Below, piece after piece: positions 35,200 to 47,429 of a stretch of DNA of 64,000 bases. Origin of the DNA: Convolutriloba macropyga (taxonomy: Eukaryota); contig NC_134471.1 in NCBI RefSeq assembly GCF_964194025.1, forward strand, positions 31,496,001 to 31,560,000. The letters run 5' to 3'. Each line of letters starts with the position of its first letter. The first letter of the stretch is position 1. Below the pieces are notes generated by a model that was not told the DNA's origin, did no database searches, and worked only from the letters and a program-made list of their open reading frames with translations. The translations under genes were made by a program, and so were the position numbers.

Positions 35200-36260
35200 C
35201 AATAGTAATTTTGTCGTTCCTGTGATCGGTCATCGTAAGATGATGATCGGTAATTGTCTTGAGGAGTTTGATGGGTACGGTGATCGATGTCGGTAGTCTG
35301 ACCTAGAGTTGTTTTGATAATTCGATTGATTTTGTTTAAAACTATTTCTGTGTCTGTCCCTAGAAATTTGATTGTCAAAATCGTTTGCTCTGGAATGTAG
35401 TTGACCTGGTGAATGGTTCCGACTGCGTTTATAATTATTTGTTACCCGTTCGCGATGTTGAGGGCTTCCAATTTTCGTTTTTATAATCTTTGTACTTAAA
35501 GTAAAATGCTATTGTGTGACCAGAACGTTTGCAAAACTTGCAGAATCTAGGTTTTGTTTAAATCTGAGATTGTTACTGTTGTAAGTAGCGTTTATTTTGT
35601 GATCTTTCATGAGATTGGGAATTTCTGTGAGTTGGTTCTTTAACCCTATAATTTCTTTTTTTATTGTCAATACTACTTGAGGCGGTACCCTTGAATTCAC
35701 TCCTAACAAAAAAACTTAAGTCCTTAGTCTCTACATGATCCTTTAATTGTTGCCATGTTGTTTTTAGGGTTTCTATTAACAACTGATGTGCCTTTTGCAT
35801 AAGTGCAGGTGGCGTTAGTTGTCTTGAAAAGTACTCCATACACTTGGCGGTATGCTGGTCGTTGTTAAATTCTGGATCTGGCCATCTTGTTTCAACTGCT
35901 TTTGATACTCGTTGAGTATAGCTTTTTATCAACTCATCTGGCTGCCTTTTATTAATCTCCACTTCACTCCTTTTCCTGTAATTATCTTTTGCATCAGTGA
36001 AACGGTCAATGAAATGATTTCTAACTTCCATGCTAAAGCTGGGGCTAAGGTTTCAAACTATTGGGCTGCTGGCCTACGTGAAACCCAACCGAAAAACGCT
36101 TTTTGTCTAGCGTCGAATGCTGCTTACGAGTCAGCATCAGCCGGATCTTTTTTTTCTTAGCGAGAATTGGATTTCTCTTTGTATTAAATTGAAGAATTCC
36201 GGGGCATCTTCAGATGGATCTTAAACTGTAAATGAAGAGAATAACCTGTCTTAACCGGTT
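35200..36260 (-). pseudogene. gag: gag (capsid-like region, CCHC knuckle, R/S-rich tail)
   Basis: DPSEDAPEFF..., ORF 35573..36031 (FIDRFTD...RQPDELIKSY..RV), knuckle CKFCKRSGHTIAFY at ~35500-35545. Confidence 0.8.
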
Positions 36261-38920
36261 TTAGATTATTGAGAGAAAATGTTATATGAGTGTACTATTA
36301 GTTTGGGTAATTAGTGTAGAAAATAATTTTGTTATAACATATGGGTAATAAAAAACTAATACTAAAGTAGAAATTTGAACTGTTTGTTTTGTGTTATGAA
36401 TTTTATTTGTTTTGGACCAATTAATGATTGTAGCTTAAATTCAAAAGTTTTGCCGTCATCAGTGCTAAAAATTTCCACCCAGGAGAAAATATCGGTTTGC
36501 TAAACGGTAAAATTTAATAACCAAGGATAAGTGTTTTCTGAGTGTTTTAAATTCAACAGAGTTTTGGAGAAAAGTTTACTTTTGAAAATCTAATTTGTGT
36601 GACTAATTTTGTTTTTATGAGTAGTTTAACTCTATTTGGTTAACTCGGATCGTCAGGCGAAATGTTGATGTATTTGGGTTTAAATATTTTTTGAAATTTG
36701 TAAACCAAACGGGGAAATTATATTTTGGTGGCTCATCCACACACAAGATGATAACGTTTATGCTAATTCTATCACACTTTTATGATTTCTTAGAGCAAAT
36801 AAAAGTCCATTAAAGTTTGGGTTAGACCACTTGTAAGTTCCACCTGTCCACTTCTGTGTTTCGTTAGGAGAATGATGGTAAATGCATAAAAAATTTCCGT
36901 TCTGATCAGTTAAATAGTATGAAACTTTGCTTATTTTGTTATGTTCTTTAATACTTAAATTTACACTCTGAATGTTTATTTTAATATATAATATATAAAT
37001 AACATAGAGCAATTGTTTTGTTGTTTTCTTATTTTATTTTTGTATGAATTTACACAGAAAACAGAATAAAAACTCTTAATACGGGATGTTTAGTACATCA
37101 GTAGTAGTATTTTAGTAGCAATTATTGTGTAGAAATATGTGGATATATAATGTTCTCAAAGTGCTTGAGTCTGTTAATGACCGTATTTTAGCAATGAACA
37201 ACACCTTTTTTGGTAAATTTGTGTACAAAATGGGTTATAAAAGGCTAGTTTACGCTTTTTTGTTTAATTGTTGGCAAAATTTTCTGTAAGAATCTCGCTC
37301 ATACTGTTTTTACTTTTTAATAAAGTTAGTAAATTCTGAACATTGTGGTTCTCAACTGCATACTTATATAAAAGATAAGCAGGGGAATTGTGATCAAACC
37401 CGTAGAAAATGGGTAAGAAGGTAATTCAGTCAGTAATAAACCGTGTTATTTTACACCTTCTAGTGTTTTCTATTGCTGTTAGATTAAGATGTTCTATAAT
37501 AACTATTCCAGTTTGGTTTATAATACACTGTTCAAAATCACTTTTGATTGTGAAATATGCAAAATATACTTGTGAAATTGCCAAAAATGTGGAAAATCTC
37601 ATCAATTTACTTTATTTTCAGGCAAAACGTTTATGCTGGGGGGATAAAATTGAGTATAAAATGTGCTATTATTTGTTAATCTAGTGCGAAATCGGGGTTT
37701 ATATTGTCAAAAATGGGTTAATAGTGACTATGGGTTAATACTGACTACAATTTTAAACAAAATGACATTAAATTGACTAAAATTTATATAATTTGTGTTA
37801 AAATAGTACGAGACTGGCATTTATTTGGCTACAATTTGATAGATATTTGATAAAAACATGTCCCAACTGAATTTAATTCTTGTAAAGCTAAGACAAAATG
37901 GTTATTTATTTAGTTGAAACGGTTAGTACGGTTTAAGACTGGACAGAATTGGTTTTTAATTGACTAAAATCTTATTATTTCCTGTTAAATTAAGATAAAA
38001 AATGACGTTAATTTGGTTAAAATCTGTTTAAAAATTGAGAAATTAGGACAAAATGATGTTTCTTTGTTTATTTGATTATTGTTATTGATTATTATTACCC
38101 CACCCGGGTCGATAAATGGATAAAACAGAGCGGATAGTCAACTGAGGAAGGCTTATATTTGACCAGAATTGGGCTGATTAATTTAAAAAAGCAATAATGT
38201 CTGCTTAAATTTGTTGAAAATTGGGTATATTTTACAATAAACACGCATTGGGGTGATGAATTCTGGTTAAATTTATTTTAAATCGTTTGAAAATGCTAAA
38301 TTTTGGGCAAAAATTCAGTGAAATCTACACATATAATACTCTAAATATGATTTGGTGGGGTGAATACTGGTTAAAATTCGACTATTTAGTGTAAAAATAC
38401 AAAAATTCAACTCCGAAGTTGTTGAAAAATGGTTAACACTTAGGCTAACTAGGTGTTGGTGCGACGAAGTTTGAACAATTTTTGGTTATTTGGTGTGTAG
38501 ATACTAAAATTTAACCATAAATGTGGTCAAAACTGGGTCAAAAATAGACCAAACAGGTTTTGAGGGGATGATTTCTGTATAAATTTTGGTAATTTAGGGT
38601 GAATTTACTAAAATTCGACCATAAATGTGGTGAAAACAGGGCAAAAATTATTTTAAACGGGTCGGAGTGTGAAAATACTTCAATTGTGTTATAAATAAAC
38701 TAAAAATTGGACATAGATTACCCCCACCCGGGTCAGAACAATTTTACAAGAGCAAAGAATCAGTTGCCTGTTACGATTTTAATGTAAATTTACTGTATTT
38801 CGGCCCTAAATTTGACATAAATTACTCTTGTTTGTCTGTTAGTGTGCTTTCACTTCTGTGGTAGTGGTTATTTTACTATTTCAATCCGATCGGATAGAAA
38901 AACAAAAATTCAGGCGTGAT

Positions 38921-38940
38921 TCTTTCCTCTGGGCGCACCA
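38921..38940 (-). promoter_or_regulatory. Primer-binding site
   Basis: Minus strand TGGTGCGCCCAGAGGAAAGA starts on the last LTR base (TGG is the complement of tRNA CCA); cognate tRNA not identified. Confidence 0.75.
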
Positions 38941-39933
38941 GTTATCAAAATTAGGTCTCATAATCTTAAGGCAAAGATATATGCCTAAAACCTGTCTGTG
39001 TGATAAGTCTCAATTCAAAATTGTTGGGGGGCTGAATAGTTAAATTAGTTAATTAGATAGTTTCAATAAATAAGCTTACACTGAGAAGTAATTAGTCGGG
39101 TTGAGCTGATAGTTGAAGTTGTTCTTGTCTAGGCACGTCTTTTAACTGTAGTTAACTTCCTCGTAGTTAAGTTAATTCTTCTTTTTGAAATGTTGATAAG
39201 TTTAAAAATTTCTCTTTTAAATTTAGAAGTTTGTTTATGCAAAAAAGGAAGCAGTTGTTTGCTGCTGATTTCTGGCTCTTTTGTGTCTCTCTAATTTTAT
39301 TCCGTCCCACTTCGCTGAGAGAAACACTAAATTCTTCTCAATTCAGTTTGGGCCGATAGGGAGCAAATCACACACACACGCTCATAGTGAGGTGATGGTT
39401 AATTTTCCTATTGGCCGAGAAGACAAGAAAATTAACTCTTTTTATCTCACGGAAAAATTATTGAAATTCCAAAAAACATTAAAAGTAGGCGATCTCGTAG
39501 GCGCCTGTTTTCTGCTTTCCCCTCTTGTAAAACGACACAAATTATGGTTTTCTTGGGGGCTTTTTATGGGGATCTTTTGTCTCTTCCCGTGAAGCAATCT
39601 GCTTCATCTTTATTGAACTTAGGGGAAGAGATATGCATAGCAACTGTCAAAAGCAGAAATAATTTGAATCAAAAGTAAGTGCGGTTATACAGGCCGCCTA
39701 CGCTGAACAACGTACATTTTCTATCCTGGATATAAGCGAGGAGATCTAGATTTAAAGTTGTGTTAATTTAAATAAGTCGAACTAAGTTGTTTAGATACTT
39801 CTGTACTGGTAGTCTTAACGAGCGTTAATTTGTTTAGCACGCAGTGAAAGAATGGTTAATTAACGCCTATATACGTTCGCCCTATTGGGTGATTAATTAT
39901 TCGTTCATTTGTAACGGCTTTCGTAATATTATA
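38940..39933 (-). repeat. 5' LTR (994 bp)
   Basis: Direct repeat of 17766-18845, immediately followed on the minus strand by the PBS. Confidence 0.92.
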
Positions 39934-40073
39934 AGGTAAATTTTCTTTAACTTTATCTGTGCATTTTTTTATCGGTGCTTTATCTGTGCCTAATCTTATT
40001 CAATAAGTATTCAACCTCAAAAATTGAATGAAATCGGCTACACTTAATCTTAATACCTAGGTACATCCTCAAT

Positions 40074-42440
40074 AATTGCTCTCAAACGAAGTTTGTAGCA
40101 ATTAGTTTAGTCCTTTCGGTCCTTTTTTATGCAAATTTTCGCTCGATCGATTTTTTGTCTGACCTATTTGACTTTTGGTGCTCAAAAACGGATTAAAACG
40201 TAGCACCAAGTGGGCTTTAATTGTCCTTAGAGCTTTTCAGCTCTGTTTCAGTTCAAAATTTTTCAAGATTTTAACAGCACGTTGCAAAAGATTTTAACAG
40301 CAAGTTGCAAATTGAAAGTTGCAACTTTCAATTTTTTTTTCATTTTTTGTCATTAATCGGGGTTTTTCAGCCTGAGGGATCAAAAAACTTACTTAGGGGT
40401 TTGATAATAGATTGCTGCTTAGTATCTGGTGGTAATGGAATGGTTTTCAACATTTTTACATCACGAGTTTTTGCAATTTTTTTTATAAAACTTGCAATCT
40501 TTGTTCTTTTTTTCAACCTCCATTGTCATTATCTAAGTTTTTTCTTTTCCAGCCCCAGGAGCCAAGAAACCTCCTATGGGGTTTGATGATAGGTTACCGA
40601 ATTTTTCTTCTAGTCGTGGAATAGTCTTTAATTTTTTTATATCACAATTTTTTTTTTGATTTTTTGATAAAACTTGCAATTTTTAAGTTTTTTGAATTGT
40701 TTTTTTTTTTCATTTTTTAGGCTTATCCAGCCTCAAGAGCAAAAGAACCATCGAAACTGATTAAGGCTTAAAAAAGGAGACTTGATAGTTTTCTGAGACA
40801 ACGAAATGGTTCTGAGGACATTAGAATCACGAATTTTAACAAAATTTTGTTAAAACTTGCAATTGTTTCCAAAATTTTTGATCATTTTTGTCCTTTTCTA
40901 ACTTTAACGATCCTTGCTGGCCAAGGAGGCTTTTTAAGTCTTGCAGATGGGCTTAATGACAGAAATCCAGAGACAAAAAACTTTTGGATAATTTTCTTCA
41001 CTGCAAAATGCGGAAATAATTTGTACGAATTTTGCACTTTCAGTTTTTTCTATTTGGTTTAAGTACTAACAAGGCAAGAAAACTAGAAGTTGCAGAGTCG
41101 AATCTCATCATGCAAAAAAATACCTAACTCTCTTTTTCTCTCTCTGTCTCGCTCGCTGTGTGTGTTGGTTGGGATTTCTGTCCTTCTCTTTCGTGTTCAC
41201 GTTTTATTTCTCGCACTCTCGCTCCCTCTCTTTCTCCTGAATTCTTTTTGTTGATGCCGCTCTTCAGCTGATGTTATGTGGCGTGAACTCATCGGCTTGT
41301 ACCCTAACCTCACAACCCTTCAATCAAGTTCAAGCTAGCCTCACTAAGCAGTGGCTAGGCACTGACGAAGCCTACCGCTCGCCTGTAGTTTGAGATCAAT
41401 TTTTTGTCATTTCTTAAGCTTATCCAGCCTCAAGAGCCAAGAACGTCCTCTAGGGATTGATAATAGGTTACTGTACAATCTCTAGATGCAATAGAATGTT
41501 TCTGAGGATCTTAACATTACCAGATTGAGCATTATTTAAAAAAAAATTGAAATTTTCGAGTTCTTTTAAATTGTTTGTCTCTTTTTAGGTGTCTCCGTTT
41601 TCAAGAGCCAAAAAATATATGGTTTGATGATTGGTTATTGCATAGTTTTTAGATATGATGGAATGTTTTTCAAGATTTTAATTTTACAAATTCAAAATTT
41701 TTAAAATCGTTTGCATTTTTTTCAATTTTTTAAAACATTTTTTAAGATTTTTCAATTTTTTCGTACCAGGGCTCAGGGAATTCCTCGCAGGATTGATAGT
41801 AAGCTGCTGCTGTAGAGTTAATCAAATGGACACGAGTTTAAACATTCTTTTGATGAAAAATAATTTGAAATTAATTTTGAAAAGTTATTATTCTCTGAGT
41901 TTATGAGCCAATGAAACTGATTAAGGCTTAAAAGAGGAGACTTGATAGTTTTCTGAGACAACGAAATGGTTCTGAGGACATTAGAATCACGAATTTTAAC
42001 AAAATTTTGTTAAAACTTGCAATTGTTTCCAAAATTTTTGATCATTTTTGTCCTTTTCTAACTTTAACGATTCTTGCGGGCCAAGAAGGCTTTTTATGTC
42101 TTGCAGATGGGCTTAATGACAGAAATCCAGAGACAAAAATGTTTTGGATATTTTTCTTCACTGCAAAATGAGGGAAAAAATTCGTACGAAATTTGCACTT
42201 TCAGTTTTTTCTATTTGATTTAAATACTAAGAAGGCAAGAAAACTAGAAGTTGCAGAGTCGAATCTCANNNNNNNNNNNNNNNNNNNNNNNNNNNNNNNN
42301 NNNNNNNNNNNNNNNNNNNNNNNNNNNNNNNNNNNNNNNNNNNNNNNNNNNNNNNNNNNNNNNNNNNNNNNNNNNNNNNNNNNNNNNNNNNNNNNNNNNN
42401 NNNNNNNNNNNNNNNNNNNNNNTTTCGTGTTCACGTTTTA

Positions 42441-42472
<32 letters not shown>

Positions 42473-42660
42473 CTTAACTCTTTTTGTTGATGCCACACTT
42501 CAGCTGATGTTATGTTGCGTGAATTCATCGACTTATACCCTAACCTCACAACCCTTCAGACAAATTGGAGCTAGCCTCACTAAACAGTGGCTAGGTACTG
42601 ACGAATCCAACAGCTCGCCTGTCGTTTGAGAGCAATTTGCCCGACGTTAATCGGTTATGT
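40074..42660 (+). mobile_element. Family A Helentron/DINE-like element with both ends and a duplicated 3' half
   Basis: AATTGCTCTCAAACGA (40074) and its perfect inverse TCGTTTGAGAGCAATT (42622-42637); hairpin CCGA-CGTTAA-TCGG; TTATGT end; (CT)n; ~175-bp units. The 3' module occurs twice (~41080-41400 and ~42240-42660). Confidence 0.7.
42269..42422. other. Assembly gap (N run)
   Basis: Run of N. Confidence 1.
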
Positions 42661-43139
42661 TACTGTTTATTGATCTTTATGGTGAACCTTAGTTTTCTGC
42701 TTTGACAATTTTCTGGAAGTAAAACAAAAGAAATTTAAAAAATTTCTATAATATGAAACACTTAAAACCTGTGATGTATTATTTTTCCATAGATTTGAAT
42801 GAAGTCCTATATAAATTCCAAAACAGAATTCAATAAAAAATTAAATTTTTAAATTAAATCTTTGTTACAGATTTTTGCTTAAACACGTTTCTCAATCTTT
42901 TCATATGCTAAAATTATGCTGAAATTCCAAAGAAGGGAAACTAGCTGTAGCAAAAGACTAGCAGTCAAAATGTTAAAAATTTGGAACACATTGAAGCAAT
43001 TTAATGGCGAAAAGGAGAAGAAATGAAATATTTTGAAAACTGTAAGCCTGTTTTACGCGAGAAATCTATAAGATCTGTGAAACCTGTCACAAATGGTGCA
43101 ATTTTTTTACTCTAAATATGTCGGTTTTACAAAAAATAA

Positions 43140-43562
43140 TTGGGCTGGTATAAAGCTCCTAGCCGGCTAATAAGTACCCACAGAGGATCATTTCTTGGGG
43201 GGCAGGTCGAGCTTCAAAATAGATGTAGTATAAGAGCAATTGAGCACATTGACCCGGAAAACAAAATCATTTTGGCCATGAGAGAGAAAAAAACATCCAA
43301 TTTAAGTGCGATGCAAGTTCCACAAGTGTTCAAAGATGCATACCCGCCGCCTCGACAGCGCACTGAACCTGTTATAACAACGAATGACCCTAATTGGAAA
43401 AGAAACCCGGAGAAAGAATTTATAGGTCATCGCTATGGTCAGCAACCATTGGGTGAAGTACCCCTTCCAACTCGACCCCAACATGAAGTGCCAGAGGGAC
43501 CCATTAAGGGGGAATGCCCAGCAATTCCTTATGGTCTGCACCCATCATACGGGTACAACTAA
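43140..43562 (+). CDS. Possible exon or terminal exon, Pro/Gly-rich protein segment
   Basis: 140-codon GC-elevated ORF with protein-like composition; 5' boundary uncertain. Confidence 0.4.
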   Translation: MGWYKAPSRLISTHRGSFLGGQVELQNRCSIRAIEHIDPENKIILAMREKKTSNLSAMQVPQVFKDAYPPPRQRTEPVITTNDPNWKRNPEKEFIGHRYGQQPLGEVPLPTRPQHEVPEGPIKGECPAIPYGLHPSYGYN

Positions 43563-44577
43563 GTTATACACAAAGGGTACTATGAGTTCTATAAATGGAG
43601 ACGCAGATCTAAAATGCTTTATAGCCATATCACCAAGTTTCAGAAAGACCAACAAAGTCCAACTAAAGCAGCTTGCTCTAATATGAAAATTGAAAAGGAT
43701 AATTGTCAGTATGTTATAGAAAAAAAAACGGTTATCAGGACTGGAAAATGAACTTGACTGTCTTTGATCAAAAGCAAAAACGAAGCAATAACAAAGAGTA
43801 CCTAGAATGAAACATAAACCAAGTGTCAGTGTCAGAAATAAATTGAATTATTTCACATTTTTGAAACCGAGATTTTTCGGCGAGAATGCTAATAGAAAGA
43901 GCAGAAGCGTCCTTGCCGTCCGTCAGTGGCAGCTACATATTTCAGCCACAGATTTGTGATCACATTTAAGCATTTCAGAAGAAAGCAAGTGCCTCATCAA
44001 GTACTGCAATTATACCATGAACGTGCTTTATTTTCTTCGGAGATCATCAATGGGTAATCTCGAAGCGGAAAGCGTCTACGTGTTCACTAAAAATGCTTTG
44101 GTCGTTAATCATTAAAAAACTAAATCTGAAGGAATTTGTGAGACCTGTAAATTAATGCGCTAAATTAAGCTGAAGGAGGCGAAATTGGCCATATTATCTA
44201 CAGCAAATCTTTGTTTCTGCAAGAGGGCGCAACCAACAAGGGCAACAAATTAATTAGCGCGAAAAAAACTAGATTATTTAGTGCTCTGTTGACCTTTGAT
44301 TTTTCAAATGGTCCTGATAAAGTATGACAAACAAATTTCGTGACACATTTGAGGACCTGTTGGCAGTACTTTGCTGAGCAGTTTTTTGTAACAGCATTAC
44401 TGGTCCCTACCTGAATCAACAATCGCACCACTTACGTTTATTCCAATCTAGAGGCCATAAATGATTCTTGGTATTCATAATAGATCATATATGATACTGT
44501 TAGATTTCTTAATTGTTATACAAACATCGTATATGATTTCCTGGAAATCAAATTGGAATCAAGCAACATACTTGAAA

Positions 44578-45541
44578 TCTTATAATAAATTAAAAGTCAT
44601 TAACAGTTCAGATTACAGATTACAGTAGATTTAATTCCCTGCAAATGTATTCAATAGTATATTAAAGATCAAGAACAGTATTTACAAAAATGGTGGCAAA
44701 GATTATTTCTATCAGTACCAGTTAAGAACAAGAACGAATTTAAAAGGGAGATGTGAGAAGGTGGGACACAGCTAAGGGTTTGCAACAAACCAGCAATCAA
44801 CATAAATGAGATACAAAATTATCAAAAGGTAAAACATTTGAATAAAAATCAAACAAAGGAGAATCAACTTAAAAGCCTCCCTTCTTCGACAACAGCCCCC
44901 ATTGAAGCCTCAACCGGCTGCGTTCGTCGGAGTGAGCGGGAACCGCGCAGGCAGAGTACAGAGCTCCGGAGTAGCGCAAAGCTGATTTTCGTTTGGATAA
45001 ACGTGATGGTGGCGTAGGAGTCGTCGTTCTTAAGGCTCAGTTTGCTGGCAACTTGCTTTATCGACCGAGTTGATGAAAGTCCTGCTCCTCCTGAGCAAGA
45101 AAGAATCAACGGACTGAAAGTGCCCTTCCTTCTCAACATTTATAACTTGAGGCTCGTATTTCTATTTTTTCAAATATATTTTAATGGTAGCTATACGCGT
45201 CTTCAATATTTTGGGCAGCTTTTTGCAATGGGATTGAAAATTTTTACATCGAAGAACGTTTTTAAGAACCTGCTGTCCCAGAGGCCATTGGCTTTCATAT
45301 CCAAATGTGCGTCATCTTCAGTGTTGGTAGTTTTTTTGCGAAGGACTCGCCTTGCAACGGCAGCTCGCCTAGCTCGATTTCAACATCTCGCCTAGCTCGA
45401 TTTCAACATCAAAACGAATTTCCTCAAGCAGATTGGCGAAAGATTCACGAATGTCTTTATGTCTTAAGTGCGTATATCCTCCTCTGGGACAGTGAAGGGC
45501 ATGGATAACTGTAAATGGCTCGCCACAAAAACAGTTGGACC
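44578..45541 (-). mobile_element. 5'-truncated CRE-like non-LTR retrotransposon (Zn knuckle and restriction-like endonuclease)
   Basis: CFCGEPFTVIHALHCPRGGYTHLRH.DIR; DAHLDMKANGLW...FFDVKIFNP; GTFSPLI...GGAG; ISFALLRSSVLCLRGSR. Flanked by an 18-bp direct repeat CAAGCAACATACTTGAAA (44560-44577 and 45542-45559). Confidence 0.85.
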
Positions 45542-47429
45542 CAAGCAACATACTTGAAAACCAAAAAGAAATTTAAAAAATCATTTCTGGTAGAATTTGT
45601 AATATTTTTGAAATTATACAAAGTCATAACGCAAAAACAATGACTGGTGCCAAAAATTTACGTATAATGAAATGAAGAGTCGTATAATGAATAAATTCAA
45701 AGTATCTCACTTGAAGTTTACATTTGACCCTTTTGGTGAGCTAAGATAATAATTTAAGTTCAATACGTGTTTAGAAACTGAAATTGAAGTTCGACGCAAT
45801 CTAAAATTTATTGCTTTTATCCTATAAATGAGCATAGAAAGGCTTCATAAAACTGCTTTCATAGGTTATCATAATTTTAGTGATACATATACTGGCTCTT
45901 TTAAATAGCAACCATCTTTGCGATAAGATTGCTCTACAGAGTGTTTTTGCGAATCACAAAGTGATGCTTATCAATAGAGAAAAAAAGTAAAAGGAAAGAA
46001 AAAAGCATATCTTGTCATAATAGGACTATATGTAGTTTCTTAGTAATCATACAAGAATCAGATATGAATTCTTTGATTTTATATTGAGATAGTAGCGAGC
46101 AATTGAGGTTGATTGCTCAGTACTATACATGATCTTTTTAGATGATCAAAGCAATTTCAATTCCGGCAATTTTGCAGTTCATTAAATCTTTCGATGAGAC
46201 GTAAAATCTTATTGCTCAGAACAGTTTTGTTGAACTTTTGTAAAAGATCACACCCGACCCAACCAAAGAGATGAACCCAATTTATCCTCCAGTTTTGAAG
46301 GTTTTCAGATACCCATTTTGGTCTGTTCGATCTGGCTCATAATACTTATTTTTGTCTAGCTGACACAAAATATAGTTTTCAAACCTTTGTGGAGAAGTAA
46401 GATGAAGAACATGGGCTGTAATTAGAGTACAAGAGCACTTTGAAATGACCTGAACCCCATGTCCACTGTAATACAAGGGCCGGATTTCTGCAATGAACAT
46501 CACTTTCGCAATTGTTTGTTGACCATTAGTAAATAGCAACTGACTGTAAACAGATAAAAAAAACAGCACGTTGATTAACAAATGTGTTTCGGAATTGATG
46601 TTTTTTCGGTGTTTTCGGTGTTTTTTTCGGAATTGATTTTTTTTATTATGAAATGCGCAGGCTACCAATCAGGCTAATTTTAGGGCCCAAAAGCTCGAAC
46701 TCTTTCTTTCTTCGGTCTGAGTTAAGGTCTCTTTTGAGTCTGCTCGATCCGACCCCGAGTCGGGCCTACGGTATGTGTTTTTTTAGCCAAGTTCGGGAGA
46801 TCGAAATCTATTCGCTCTGATGCAATGTTTAGATTAGATTTGATCGGACAATCCAAGTGACATTAATGTTTCTGTTTGGTATGTTCAGTCTGGCAAGGAT
46901 TTTACATAATTCTGGTTAGTATCATCCAGGGTTATCTACTCTTGCTTAGAATTGCCCAGTGCTTTGCATGTTCGGACTGGCCCATACTTGAGAGTGGATC
47001 TCTTTGGATTGGAAGCCCTGTGAGAGCTCAAAATCAGTGTGGCTGATGAATTTTGTGATACGAAGCTACCAAAAGTAATTATGAAAATTCATTTATTCAT
47101 TTCTGCTCTCATATTTTAAGTTATTTAGTGTGTCAGTCAATGAATGTTTTCTTCATTGCTCTCCTTCGTTTTCTCCAATATACAGAATTATAAAGTCAGT
47201 TTTTTGTCCTCTTTGTCTGGACAAAACAGTTCATTCTCTTGTTTCTGTGACTGAAACTAGGTCGGGAAACTCATTCAAAATTAGTTGTCTTTTAATCCAG
47301 ACTAGCATTGAGTAATCGAAAATTGTACGCAAACTCTGAGAAAAAATTTCCTGGCAAACTAAACCACTTAATGAAACATGTGACTCGCATTTTGCAAGTC
47401 CTCCGACATTTCTTTGATTAAACAATGTG

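Larger units (their letters stand above)
17766..39933 (-). mobile_element. Giant env-bearing Ty3/gypsy LTR retroelement (endogenous-retrovirus-like), decayed, ~22.2 kb
   Basis: Paired direct LTRs, PBS, gag, PR-RT-RH-IN order (gypsy), env and a 7.7-kb post-env region; many stops and frameshifts. Confidence 0.93.
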
